Made by a program: the position numbers and the translations under genes. Below are positions 50,898 to 63,779 of a stretch of DNA of 64,000 nt, in pieces (the stretch's first letter is position 1; every line of letters starts with the position of its first letter). The notes under the pieces are model-generated. The model did not search any database. It was not told the origin of the DNA and was given only the letters and a program-made list of their open reading frames with translations. Source of the DNA: Eledone cirrhosa (taxonomy: Eukaryota); the NCBI GenBank assembly GCA_964016885.1, contig OZ024743.1, positions 10,106,001 to 10,170,000 of the forward strand, given 5' to 3'.

Positions 50898-51869
50898 TAT
50901 GTATACGTACATAGATATATGTATACAGACATACATGCACACATATATATATGTATGTATGGATTTATCGAACATTTATTATAATGCTCGGTTTGTTTGT
51001 AAACAAACATCCTGAATTAAGCCGTACAGTGTTTAGCAACCATCGTTGCCTTTTTGTTCAACACTGACAAAGGAAGGATGTACTAGTTTCAAGCTTATAT
51101 ATATATATATATAGATAGATAAATATATGACCAATATTTTTTGTATATTTTTATTTTTGCACCAAGCTATTTTGGAAGCTCTATGTTATGTTTTTCAACA
51201 GAGAATTTATTTCAAATATAGTTTAAGCATTTTTCTTTATATTTTCTCATTTATTTTACTCTTTAAATTAAAATATTCTGTGATCTCAATTCAATCTGGT
51301 TTGCTAAATTTTGACACGTTTCCCTTAAATATTTCACCTAATTTATGTTTTGTTTTCTATTATAATCACCCAATGTGATTATATTTTATGTTGGCCTCAT
51401 ATTTTTGTTTTTGTTTGTTTCAGGAAGAGAAATGAATCAATAAGAAAACTGAAATAGAGTGCAACAAATACACCAAAAACAAGCAGAAATTCAGATAATA
51501 TCAAGGAAATATTTAGAAAATATTTCCTTCATATCATCTAAATTTTCTTTTGAATAATTATAAAAATGTTTTAAATATAAATTTAAAAGCGAGAGAAAAT
51601 TGAAAACATTAATGCTTTTTGCATAAATACTGCAAAATCATTGAGGATTAAAGAAAAAAATTGTTTTGAGGGTAGTCCAGATTTCACCTGATCAGACTAT
51701 TTTATCATATTTTTCTGCTATATATAGATATGAAAATGAAAGTAAGTTATTTGTCATATATTAAACAGGATTTGATTTTAAAGGTTTCAGCAATACACTT
51801 CCTTCTCTGACAATTGGGGAATAGATCTGAATCAGTTTTGACAATGAATGTACCATATATATATATATT

Positions 51870-51921
<52 letters not shown>

Positions 51922-52165
51922 TGTGTGTGTGTGTGTGTGTGAAGGTCCATGGCTTAGTGGATTGGGCTTGCAATCGGGAGGCTATGAGTTTGATTCTCAG
52001 ATCAGGTGATACGTTGTGACACAATCTTGTCAATCAACTATCTGCTGTAAATGGGGACTGAGTGCTTTGGAAATGTTGCAGAAGATCACATTGCCAACAA
52101 TCACTGACAAATTGAAATGGTAAATGTTATATTTCATTCTTACTGTACTTATAGATAAACACATT

Positions 52166-52249
<84 letters not shown>

Positions 52250-54379
52250 TGTTCATTCTGTCAAAGATGACTATAACTCAGGATTAGTTTGTATATATGG
52301 TCTAGTCTGGAGCTGGATGATGAGGCCTATCTTGGCTATAAATCCTCCTGCTCCCCTATTTATGTTACATTTGGGAAGGTGCAGCCTTTTGAGTACTGGT
52401 AAGTAGCTTTTAAGAGTGATTGCTTCATCTGAGCAGTAGCAAGTTTTTACTTTAACTGCTTGGACATCATTGTGAATTAGACGGCAAGGTCCTTCAAAGA
52501 TGGTTTTAGATAGTCCATGGTCTTTTATTTTTTCCACCCCTATCTCAATGAGTATGGTGTCATCAAATTTCTGAAGGTGTCATGGTGATGCATAAGGAAC
52601 TAATGCACAGTGGATCCAAACAATATATTACAGGTACAAGCTAATTCTATATATATGTTTATGTAAAAAGGAAAGAGATCAATCTTATTGGCTTTGAAAT
52701 TGGTTACATAAAAATCAGAAAGTAATATTTATGTACTTCAGTAGTTTGCAAACTTTTTGTTTTTCTTTATGATTCACAATGCCCCAGTTAACCATGCACC
52801 TAACTCCTACACAAGAACAGTGAACCAACATAAGATTGAATGATTCGAAGAAGTTCCTAAATAAAACCAAATACTCATTTATTAAAGAAGTGTTTAATTG
52901 TGACAGAAAGTAATCATAAAAATCTCTCTTATTAGCAGCATTTAGGTGTACTAAAAGAAACATTTAACAGAAAATCAAAAGCAATTTAAGAAGAAAAAAT
53001 GTATTATACAAAAGTAAAATTAAAATGTTCCTTAATTTCTTAGTAAACTACATGAAATTAATTAAGTGAATCACTTTCAATTAAAATGAATATATTTTAT
53101 CTCATGGTATCAGAATATTTTGTCACACCAACAGAGAATTTATTGTAACACACCACTTGAGCTGTACTTGTCTTTAGTATGATGCCAACTATCTGCTTAT
53201 ACAGAATGTTTGCAATGTCTTCTGGGGAAACAAAAAATAAAGAAAAAATTAATGTTTTCCCCTGCAGTTTGAAAGAAATGTCATTTGTTTTTAAATATTG
53301 TGAGATGTTAATGAAATGGCCAATGTAGTTATATATAATAGTTTTTGCAGGAAACTTAGAGTAAACAAACTCTCCCTGGTACAGTTCTAGAAGTAATCCA
53401 TCATTATTCAATTCAGTGTGCCTCCAAAATATCATTGAGAAAGATAACTTTACATCTTACTAAGGAGGCAAACCCAGTTTGGACAAAACATTATTCTAAA
53501 AATCTTAATTTTGCCTCATATATAAAATTCTAAAAGTAAAACTAGCTGTGAATATTACTTTTTGGCTAAAATTTAGATCATTTAATTTTCACACTATACA
53601 GGTCCTAAGCAGGTCTTTTACAAAATATGATAAGGAATGTATTGATTTAAAAGGAGAAAGTAGCTGCCATATTATGTATTTGTATTTTTTTTAAATCATC
53701 CACTCTATCCCAATTTCACCTATATATGGTTTCTAGGTTAAGCTATCCTTTTTAATTTCTTTATCTATTTATTGCATTAATTAAAGTAAGTGTTGCTCTT
53801 AAAAATACCATTTAACCTTAAAATATAGTCATATGAATCATTTATGAGTAGCTAAACATTGCTTTGTACTCTGATAATCTGCTAATGCTGTGTTACAAGT
53901 ATGCAGTTAATGTTACTAGCAGGAAATAGCCAATTCAGTTCTGTAATAAATAACTCAATATTCGTTTTCATGATATTTCCTATAATACAGGTTTGATGTT
54001 TAGGAAACATTCTTAATTTGCTCATACTAATAATGTGTGTAGTATAAAAATAATAAATAATATGTGGTTAAGAGTGTTTTGTGAGAGCTGATACAATGCA
54101 AGTTAGAAATACAAGAATGAAAACTAGATTAAAACTAGATTAGAGTAAAGTTAATAAAACAAACCAAAACAAGGGTTTATACTTTTACCTTATGTTTTAT
54201 GATATTTGGGAGTTATGACCCATTTCCAAATGTAAAAATTCAAAGTTTGAAGGTGATGATGAGTTCATCATAACTCCAAAATATGTAAAAATATAAACTG
54301 TTGCTTTTTTTTTTTTAATGTAGTTTTTCTACTATAGTTTTTACCATATTATTCCTAACTTGCATTGTAATGTAAAGTT

Positions 54380-54790
54380 GGTGTATCAAGGTCCCCCTGC
54401 TTTACCCCATTTTCTACTGCAAAATGCTCTGAAAGGGTTCTCGAAAAAATTAACCCTGGCTTTCATATCTTTGTGCATGGCTTTTAGAATGTTAATAAAT
54501 TTTTGAGGACATCCAAATTTCAGCAAAACTTGCCACAAGCATTTCTGTTCACACTATCGAAAGCTTTGCTGAGATCAACAAATCAATGATAGAGGATAAT
54601 GTTCTGTTCAATACTTTTTTCTTGCAATTGCCTGATTATCAAGATCATAACATTAATGCCTCTGTTTTCACGAAAACCAGGTTGAGACACTGACACAGCT
54701 CTCAGATCAATAAAGGCATTTAAACATTCCAAATGTATATTGGCCAGAACTTTGCCAACAACTGACAAGAGTGAGATACCTCTGAAATTG
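54380..54790 (-). mobile_element. Decayed RTE (BovB-like) RT fragment
   Basis: RGISL.SVVGKVLA, SQPGFRENRG, IRQLQEK, DLSKAFDSV motifs. Confidence 0.7.
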
Positions 54791-54974
54791 GTCTTTACAA
54801 CCAGACTTAAAAAGAATTACCAAAACAGCATCTATACAGCCTTGTGGCACATTCACCTTCTCCCATTAATGACCTATTACAATTTGGTCACTACAGCTTG
54901 GTCCTCTTCCTATCACCAACAACTTTACAGAGTAAATAGTGCACAATTTATCATGGCACACGCGTTGGTACCAT

Positions 54975-55257
54975 AACATCCAGTCCAATCTAAAGAGGTT
55001 GTGTAGGTGTCACAACAAAAAAGCACCCAGTCCACCCTATAAAGTGGTCATGTAGAAGACACGGTAAAAAGGCTCCCAGTCCACACTGTAAATCTGTAAA
55101 TGTGGTTGGTGTTAGGAACGGCAGTCAGCTATAGAAAACCTGCCAGAAACAGTCCTATACAAGCAAGATACGGTCACCTGATTAATCTTGCCTCAAGTGG
55201 GACAATTCCCATCTAACCCATGCTGGCTTGGAAGTCAGACGTTTAAACGATAATGAT
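54975..55257 (+). mobile_element. RTE 3'-UTR fragment with 48-bp units
   Basis: Homologous to 61420-61670. Confidence 0.8.
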
Positions 55258-57836
55258 ATATATATATATATACACATACAAATATACTTCTCTATCTCTT
55301 ATTAGCAATGCGTATATGTGTGTATGTTTGTGTATATCTTTGGCCTATGTTTGTCAGTGAAAGATGTAAGCATCAGTAAGGATATGAAATTTGTTCTAGA
55401 GTGATTTACATCCACTCATTTGTCACTTTTGCTGTCAGAAATACAGTGAATCAGTAATTGATCATTTGAAAACCTGTAAACAATGGCATTATTGTTCACC
55501 ATTTGAAATATAAAATTAAATTAAATTAATTCAAACAGCTTAAAGAAAATATATTGAGGTGAAAATAGTTAATGATGAAGAGTCAGACACAAATATTCAC
55601 TTACAGATATAGACGAAATCACTTATGTACCCATAAAAACACTTACACACCATGTAAAAACAAAAATACAAATGCACTTTTAGAAAGTCATAACAGATGG
55701 ACAAGCACAAAAACTAATACCAACTGTCATTTGCAATGGAATTTATTTTCTCTTCTCTACTTGGTACTTGAAAGACTAATTGAAACCATACTGTAGGAAT
55801 TCTTTGCTGGAGTTGTTTTCATCAGCAGCTTAGCTCACCTGAGCAATGAATGTGTGATGTTAACATTTCAGATCTGTAACTTAGTTTGTACATGATATTA
55901 AAGAAGCCATATATAAACTATATGGTAATAATAAAGCCATAATATTGAAAACATTTTAAAGTGTGTCATCGTAAAAACAAAGGCAATAGAAATAAATAAT
56001 ATGAACAAATGACATAGATTATTAGTAACAGACCTCTGGACAGAACTACGAAGTGTCATTTTATAAGAACCCTGTATCAAAGAACATGTTAATTTCAATT
56101 CCTCATAACTTCAAAGAAATCTGGAAAACTACAGATTTTATTTATGTATTTTCGACAAAATTATATTTCCATTTATATTGGAGATTGTGTATTCAATAAA
56201 TGTGTAAACACCTATGTACACATGTGTCTGTGCCTGTTTCTGTGTACTATTATTGTTGCTTAGCCTTAGGTTTACCCAGATTGAGCAGATTTGTGATCAA
56301 AAGCATTTCTCTTTTGATCATAAGTATATATTTAATACTACAGTGTGTGCTTTCCTTTTGCAGGACGGTAGGTTTTGATTTGTGGATATTTGGCTGCCAT
56401 TTCCAGCAGGCTGAGTGAGAACATAATGGCTCCCTTTGGGTGAATCAGTATTTTTGTTCTTCCCCTTAAGGTTCATATAATTTCATCATAATATCAAATA
56501 GATAAACAGAAAACTCTTTCAGTTGCTAACTCGTGTTATTTTTTTATTCTTTTACTGGCATTAAAGGGCAGAGGATTGACAAAGTCATTAGAATGTTGGA
56601 CAAATGTTTAGCAGTATTTATTCCAGCTCTTTAGTTTCTGATTTCAAATCTTGATTAGATAAGCTTTACCTTTCACCCTTAAAGTATGTCAAGTACTTGT
56701 GGTGGATTTATAAGACTTATTCCTAAATTGTTAGCCCTGTGCCTAAATAAATATTATTTTAGTTGTGTCAGCCAGTGATCTTGCTTGGTCACACAGTTGA
56801 GTATATTGATTCCAGTAGTTTAACTGGTAAAGGGACAAAAGGTAAAATCTACCCAGACTTAAAAGGATGAATTATATGGAACAGAACGTCACAAAAGAAT
56901 TTGTTTGATGCTCTGTTTTTGTTCAGGCATCCCAAACGTTATATCATTGATTTATTTGTCATTATTCTAATTGTTTTTCTGTTTTGTCTGAAAAGAAAAC
57001 ATTTCAGAGTTTTTGAGACTGGTAGAAATAAAGTAAAATGTTATCCTCATATCAGATACTTGGCAGGAAATGTTGCAAAAGAGCTTACTCTACTAAAGAC
57101 AAACAAGGGCTAAGTGCTTATGCTTAATGAGGTAACAAATTAAATGAAAAACCCAAGACAAGAACAGGAAGACTTTCTCTGATGGACTTCTTTACAATTT
57201 CTGGCTATCAAATTTCACTCACAATTATTTGGTTGATGTGGTTGTTTCATAAAAATTATTTTTACCAATTACATAGCATCTACAACCCTTTATTTTTCAG
57301 GACCTTTGAGACTGGTTGGCAGAATTGAGCAACTTATATTTAAACCAGAGATCTGGCTTGAATGCTTGCAGTCGAGTTAACTGTGCTGAAAGCACCCACA
57401 GACCAGGTAACCATGTTAAACCAGACAACAGATAGATAGCTTCAAATCGGTGGTGATGGGGATATGTGGAAAAAGAGAGTGATGAAGAAGGAATATGAGG
57501 GAAAGGGAGATAGATGATGATAATTGAAAGAATAATGAACACAACCATAAGGATTATGTTACCCACCCAAGAACTCTGAACCCCCAAAAAACTCAAAGCT
57601 GGAATAACAACTGCAAGGCACTTCATCTAACATTTTAGAAATTTCACTAATCCCATTTCATGGACTGGTATATTAGTTAACCTCAATGTAATTTGAACAC
57701 AGAGAGCAGGAAACCAAAATAATTATATAAATAGTTCAGTGTAATTTATCAGTGGAATAGAACATGAAACAAGACTCTTGTGAAGCAAGACTCTTAACCA
57801 CATAGCCGTTCCTGCATCTACAAGTACTTGACAATG

Positions 57837-58181
57837 GGAGGCACATGGTGTAGTGGTTAGAGCATTGGCCTTGCAATCGAAGGTTGTGAGTTCAATTCTC
57901 AGACCGAGTGATGTGTTGTTTCCTTGAGCAAGACACTTTATTTTACATTGCCCCAGTTTACTCAGCTGTAGAAATGAGATGATAGGGACTGGGGTCCCTA
58001 TCATTCCACTGCAAAGTAGTCGTGTAGGTGCCACGGCAAAAAAGCACCCAGCACTCACTGTAAATGAGGTTGGTGTTAGGAAGGGCATCCAGCTGTAGAA
58101 ATCAAACCAGATTCAGTTCCCGTCCCACCCTTGCAAGCAGGGAAAAGCAGACGTAAAAGGAAATGATGAAATGATGATGAT
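57837..58181 (+). mobile_element. Full-length SINE family A
   Basis: Near-identical to 50459-50803. Confidence 0.92.
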
Positions 58182-58808
58182 TGAATTTATTAGTTGGAAT
58201 GGCATGCTTTGACTGTTGAATTATTAAATTATCACAGTATAACAACACAAAGGATAATTGCAAATAAATGCTGAATGTTCGATTTCTTCTTAGATCTTTG
58301 AAAATAAATTGTGAATGTTTTGACATTTTGACATCTGTGTATGTATAGATGAGTGTAAATGAATGTGTGGGTATGTGTGTGTGTGATAGAGAAAAGGTAG
58401 AATACTTACAAGATATTAGCAAATATGTCTGCAGTTTTGATCATGGAAATCACTTGAGTTATTTCAATAATATGCATGTGTATATCTTTGTGGGGTTTTG
58501 CTCTGTGCTGATTAAATCTTTAACATTTTATCCAGGTACAGCTTATACATATAAACATACCTTGTATCTTGAAATCTGACTGTGAGCCATAAAATATAAC
58601 AGATATTTTAGTTATGCCTATTTCTTTCTCAAATATGAGGTCCATAAAAGCTAGATGCTACTCACACTGCTAAGCACATATGCAGGTTTAATGATGTCAT
58701 TTATGCTCTAACTTCATTCATAAAAGTAGCAATAACGCTGTACACACACACACACACTTATATATATATATATATATATGCATGTGTCGGGTGTATATAT
58801 ATATATAA

Positions 58809-61271
58809 CGTGACAATCACCTGATCACCTATAGATCCGGGGAACACACAAGCCAGGTAGATTATATCCTTACCAGAAGACGTGACAGAGTGTCTGTTGT
58901 TAACACTAAATCCCTCCCCCATGAAGAATGCACCTCCCAACATAGACTGATAATTAGCGACCTCATAGTCAGGACGAGACGTACTCGACAACAGAAGAGG
59001 ACTATCCTCAGGAGGAAAATATGGAAGCTAAAGGACCCCACAGCCAGGAATAAATTTCAAAGCATATTACTTGATGCTTTCGACAGTAAGGAAGAACATT
59101 TAGAGTCGGACAATATAGAGGGAGAGTGGGAATTTCTGAAAGCAAACCTGCTGTTGGCGACAGACGAGGTCTGTGGCTGGAGCAGGCCTGTAGGCAGGAG
59201 GAGAGTAACATGGTGGTGGAACAGTAAGGTGGAGGGGTCAATTAAGGCCAAAAAGCAGGCTTGGAAAGTATGGCGGGATGGGGGAAGTAGAGAGGACTAT
59301 CAAGTGGCCAGGAGGGAAGCTAGGAGACAAGTGTACTTAGCAAGAAGGGAAGCTGAGGAAAGAAAGTTCAAGCATGTTCTACAACGCGATGACCAAAAAC
59401 GTGAGGTGTTCAGGATTGCTAGGCAATGCGTCAAGGAAAACCGTGATATTGTCGGGGAGAAGTGTGTACTAAACGACGATGGCACACTTGCCATCACCGA
59501 CGCTGATAAGAAGGTAGCTTGGAAGTGTCACTATGAAAGGCTTCTAAATGAGGAGAATAATTGGGAGAAAGGCAGTCTCCCCCATATCGACCCAATAGAG
59601 GGACCAGCAGTGTTAGTCGAGGGGAGTATAATAAGTAAGGCAATCAAGGATATGAAGACTGGTAAGGCGGCTGGGCCTTCGGAAATAGTTGCTGAGATGC
59701 TGAAGGCATCTGGCACGGTGGGACACACCATGGTCACCCGCATAGTTAACCAAGTCGTACAGAACGGGGTTGTTCCGAAGGACTGGCATAGCAGCATCAT
59801 CGTTAACTGTTATAAGGGTAAAGGAGACGCCCTAGATAGGAGTAACTATAGAGGCATTAAATTAATCGACCAGGTCATGAAGGTCACGGAAAGAGTAATA
59901 GCGCAACTAATCAGAGAGAGAATTGACCTAGATGAAATGCAGTTCGGGTTTGTGTCAGGCAAAAGTACCACAGACGCTCTTTTCATAGTACGACAACTAC
60001 AAGAGAAGTACCTAGCTAAAGGTAAACCCCTCTACTTAGCTTTTGTCGACTTGGAGAAAGCCTTCGACAGAGTCCCCCGCTCCATTATCTGGTGGGCTCT
60101 TAGAAAACTAGGCGTTGACGAATGGCTTGTGAGGGCTATACAAGCCATGTATAAAGAAACAGTCAGCAAGGTTAGAATTAACAACGAATATAGTGAAGAG
60201 TTTAGCGTAAAAGTCGGCGTCCATCAGGGCTCTGTTCTCAGTCCACTACTATTTATTATTGCCCTTCAGGCTATAACAGAGGAGTTCAAGACAGGCTGCC
60301 CATGGGAACTCCTATACGCAGACGACCTGACACTCATAGCGGAATCAATGGCCGAGCTAGAGAAGAAATTCCAAACATGGAAGCACGGCCTAGAGTCAAA
60401 AGGACTTAAAATTAACCTGGCTAAGACCAAAGTACTAGTTTGTAGGAAAGAAAACAAGGCGGCGGTCCCTTCTGGGAAATGGTCGTGCTCGGTGTGTAGG
60501 AAAGGCGTAGGTAGAAACTCCATTTTATGTCCTAAATGCAAAGTATGGGTGCATAAAAGATGTAGTGGGATCACAGGTAAGCTAACTAAGAACATAGATT
60601 TTACATGTGGCCGGTGCTCTGGTGCAATAAGTAGCAGCAAGTGCCCACAAACTACTAGCTCTTTCAATTGCGCAGAGGGTTCTATAGAAATAGTGGACAG
60701 CTTCCGTTACCTGGGCGATAAAATCAGCAGTGGGGGAGGGTGCTCTGAAAGTACTGTAGCTAGAGTCAGAACTGGTTGGAAAAAGTTCAGAGAGCTTATA
60801 CCACTATTAGCTGCTAAAGGGTTCTCACTAAAAATGAAAGGCAGGTTGTACGATGCCTGCATACGAACAGCAATGCTGCATGGCAGTGAGACCTGGGCAT
60901 TGTGTGCAGAGGATATACGCAGACTAGAGAGGAACGAAGCTTGCATGCTCCGCTGGATGTGTAACAGTAATATACGTGAACGGCAAAGCATAAACGAACT
61001 AAGGAATAAATTAGAGATAAGAGGGATCAGATGTTGTTTACTCGAGAGAAGGCTACGTTGGTATGGACACGTGATGCGCATGAAAGTCGATAGCTGTATA
61101 ACAAAGTGCAGGGCAATAAAGATAGACGGTAGTCACGGAATAGGCAGACCTAGAAAAACCTGGGACGAGCTGATAAACTCCGACATCACACACTTACACC
61201 TCTCCAAGACAATGTCACTGGACCGAGACCTTTGGCGGTACTCAGTAACAGAGAAGACCCGCCTTACCTAA
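58809..61271 (+). CDS. RTE-clade LINE ORF2 (C-terminal part of APE endonuclease, RT, PHD-like finger), 5'-truncated but uninterrupted
   Basis: Frame is open from 58809 (RDNHLITYRSGEHTSQVDYIL..SQHRL, endonuclease end); GKAAGP, NYRGIKL, FVDLEKAFD, GVHQGSVLSP, YADD at 60315-60326, FRYLG, GRPRKTW; stop at 61269-61271. Confidence 0.95.
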   Translation, partial: RDNHLITYRSGEHTSQVDYILTRRRDRVSVVNTKSLPHEECTSQHRLIISDLIVRTRRTRQQKRTILRRKIWKLKDPTARNKFQSILLDAFDSKEEHLESDNIEGEWEFLKANLLLATDEVCGWSRPVGRRRVTWWWNSKVEGSIKAKKQAWKVWRDGGSREDYQVARREARRQVYLARREAEERKFKHVLQRDDQKREVFRIARQCVKENRDIVGEKCVLNDDGTLAITDADKKVAWKCHYERLLNEENNWEKGSLPHIDPIEGPAVLVEGSIISKAIKDMKTGKAAGPSEIVAEMLKASGTVGHTMVTRIVNQVVQNGVVPKDWHSSIIVNCYKGKGDALDRSNYRGIKLIDQVMKVTERVIAQLIRERIDLDEMQFGFVSGKSTTDALFIVRQLQEKYLAKGKPLYLAFVDLEKAFDRVPRSIIWWALRKLGVDEWLVRAIQAMYKETVSKVRINNEYSEEFSVKVGVHQGSVLSPLLFIIALQAITEEFKTGCPWELLYADDLTLIAESMAELEKKFQTWKHGLESKGLKINLAKTKVLVCRKENKAAVPSGKWSCSVCRKGVGRNSILCPKCKVWVHKRCSGITGKLTKNIDFTCGRCSGAISSSKCPQTTSSFNCAEGSIEIVDSFRYLGDKISSGGGCSESTVARVRTGWKKFRELIPLLAAKGFSLKMKGRLYDACIRTAMLHGSETWALCAEDIRRLERNEACMLRWMCNSNIRERQSINELRNKLEIRGIRCCLLERRLRWYGHVMRMKVDSCITKCRAIKIDGSHGIGRPRKTWDELINSDITHLHLSKTMSLDRDLWRYSVTEKTRLT

Positions 61272-61670
61272 ATATATAGTAAAACCTACTCCAGCCAGTA
61301 GGCATCTCTAACAAAATACACCCCGTCCCACCACCCCCACCCCCACCCGATCCACACCACCCCGTTCTATGTAAAGTTATGTTGGTGCCGCGCCATCGAG
61401 GCCGAAACAAATGAGATCGTGTAGGTGTCACGACAAAAAAACACACAGTCCACGCTGTAATGTGGCCGTGTAGGCAACACGGTAAAAACCTCCCAGACCC
61501 ACACTGTAAATGTGGTTGGTGTTAGGAAGGGCATCCAACTGTAGAAAACCTGCCAGACAGTCCTATGCGAGCAAGACAATCACTCTTGCCTCAAGTGGGA
61601 CTACCCCCGTCCAAACCCATGCAAGCGTGGAACACGGACGTTAAACGTTGATGATGATGATGATGATGAT
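61272..61670 (+). mobile_element. RTE 3' UTR with C-rich tract, about two 48-bp units and (GAT)n tail
   Basis: Directly follows ORF2; ends GGACGTTAAACGTT(GAT)n. Confidence 0.9.
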
Positions 61671-61748
61671 GAGGTCCATTTCTTCTTCCTATTCCAATTA
61701 ACTACAGTAACAGCAATATTTTTCCAATCCATTTAGTTGCTGAAACAT

Positions 61749-61884
61749 CACTGAAGATATACGTTTCATGTAGTTAATATCTGTTACTTTTGTTGGAACT
61801 ACATGAGGAGTTTCACCACTGAAGATATACGGTTCATGTAGTTAATATCTATTACTTTTGTTGGAACTACATGAGGAGTTTCAC
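61749..61884 (+). repeat. 68-bp tandem duplication with an internal inverted repeat
   Basis: 61749-61816 is repeated at 61817-61884; each unit has TCATGTAGTT...AACTACATGA. Confidence 0.9.
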
Positions 61885-62779
61885 TCAGCTTTTCAATCTA
61901 GGGAAAGATTTGTATATTATATTTCTGGCTATGTTGTGGGCCCTCAACTTCTGATGGAGTCCCAGGAGCATGAAAGCTTGACAGTGACTGGTAGTGCCTG
62001 GAAAAGCCTACCCATCTCCATGGCTGACAATAATCGATTTCCTCAAGGGAGAGAGAGAAGCGGAAAGTGTGAACAACCAGAAGAAAACAATTTAATCCCA
62101 GTACAGGATTGGTTCCTTAACTACTGAAAACAGAAACAACATCGGTTGTATGATGAAAAATCGCATCAATATTATGATGAGAAACCACATTAGAATTATT
62201 AACAGAAGCAACATAAGAACTGTGAAAAGAAGTCATGCCATATCAATACTATGACTAGAAGTTACATCACAACAATGGCTGGAGGTTACACTTGCATTGT
62301 AACCAGAAACTACTATTACAAGAAATAACATAAGTACTATGATCAGAAATTATATCTGTAATAAGACCAGAAATCACATAAATTTTATGACCATATCATC
62401 ATGATGACCAGGAACCCATCAGTAACAGATTTTAGTTACTTCCTATTTCAGAAATCAAACCATGGCACACATTTAGTAATTACTTTCAGGATGAATAACA
62501 TAAATTCTTTATTGTATATCCACTTACACAAAATACAGGAGTAAGGATATGTATCTATGTTCATAGAGAGAATATATAAAGTAAATGAATAAAGATAATA
62601 TACACTTCAATCTCATTAGTAGAGACAGACAAACAAACAGACAGATAAATAGATATATTGACAGATAGACTGTCAGAGAGATAGATAGATAGATGTACAC
62701 AGATAGTTAAATAGATTAACAGATACATTAATATTAAATATGTGTAAGTTGAAGTCTTACATGAGGGCATCAGTATCTG

Positions 62780-63175
62780 CACAAAACATGGGCAGTGACT
62801 GCAGAGGACATGCATAGAGAGGAGAGAAATGAAGCTACAATACTTTATTAGATGTGCAGTGTTAATGTGAGAGAAAGGCTGAGCCTGGATGAACTGAGGG
62901 AGAAACTGGGCTTAAGATGAATCCAAAGGGGTGTGCAAGAGAGAAGACTGCATTAGTACGAACATGCGATGTGCATGGATGATGTGATCTCTGAGTGAAA
63001 AAGTGCCAGGTAACTCCAATGGTAGGAAGCCAAAGTAGAGGTAGATTAAGGAAGACCTGATCTCAACTTGCCGAGAAGTCAAAGTAACATTATGAGTGGG
63101 GAGATGCTGTGCTGAAAAGGACCTGCACAACCCATGCAAGCATGGAAAAAGGGACATGATGATGCTGATGATGAT
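62780..63175 (+). mobile_element. Decayed RTE 3' fragment
   Basis: TWAVTAEDM remnant; AACCCATGCAAGCATGGAAAA..(GAT)n. Confidence 0.75.
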
Positions 63176-63721
63176 TAAAAATTATGATGGATGGTTTTTA
63201 GATAAATATAAATATTTAAAACGAACAGTTTTGTATCATAAAAACAGAGGAGGTTTTAGGCAGTTTGGTCAGAAATCTGTAATCAACTTAGAATCTCAGA
63301 CGATATTTTTCTGTTATAATCATATTAGACATTTCACTAGTGAAATCACAATGTTTTTTCTTATTCATATGCAATCATACTATTGTATATATCTACAATA
63401 TTTTATATATATCTACAATATTTTATAAATATGCATATGTTTAAACTTTTATTTCTATAATATATAAGCTTATTGTAACACGTCTAGTCTATAATGCATA
63501 AATAGCTTGCTAATCCTGATTTTTGTTGCATTCAGTGGATAAGTGATAATGCTTTCCTGGTTAGTGGTGGAATCTCCTGACTAAAGAGAAACTGTATCAC
63601 CTATAGTACTTAATTAAAGCTATGGACTAGCTCCTGCATCATCACCCAACCCACTAAATTTGGCAGTTAAATTTCTCTCAAATCATACATTTAGTCTGCA
63701 GAACAGTATGGCTAAAAGAAT

Positions 63722-63779
63722 AATTGTTTCTACTTTTGGCACAAGGCCAGCAATTATTCCAGGGCATTACTGGTACTTT
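63722..63779 (-). mobile_element. Very short 3' end of SINE family B with 10-bp TSD
   Basis: TSD AAAGAATAAT at 63715-63724 and 63780-63789. Confidence 0.75.

Noticed and set aside
58636-58645. TGAGGTCCAT as TSD of the RTE (also at 61670-61679)
   Set aside because: The upstream copy is about 160 bp from the 5' junction and the flanking bases do not extend the match; probably chance
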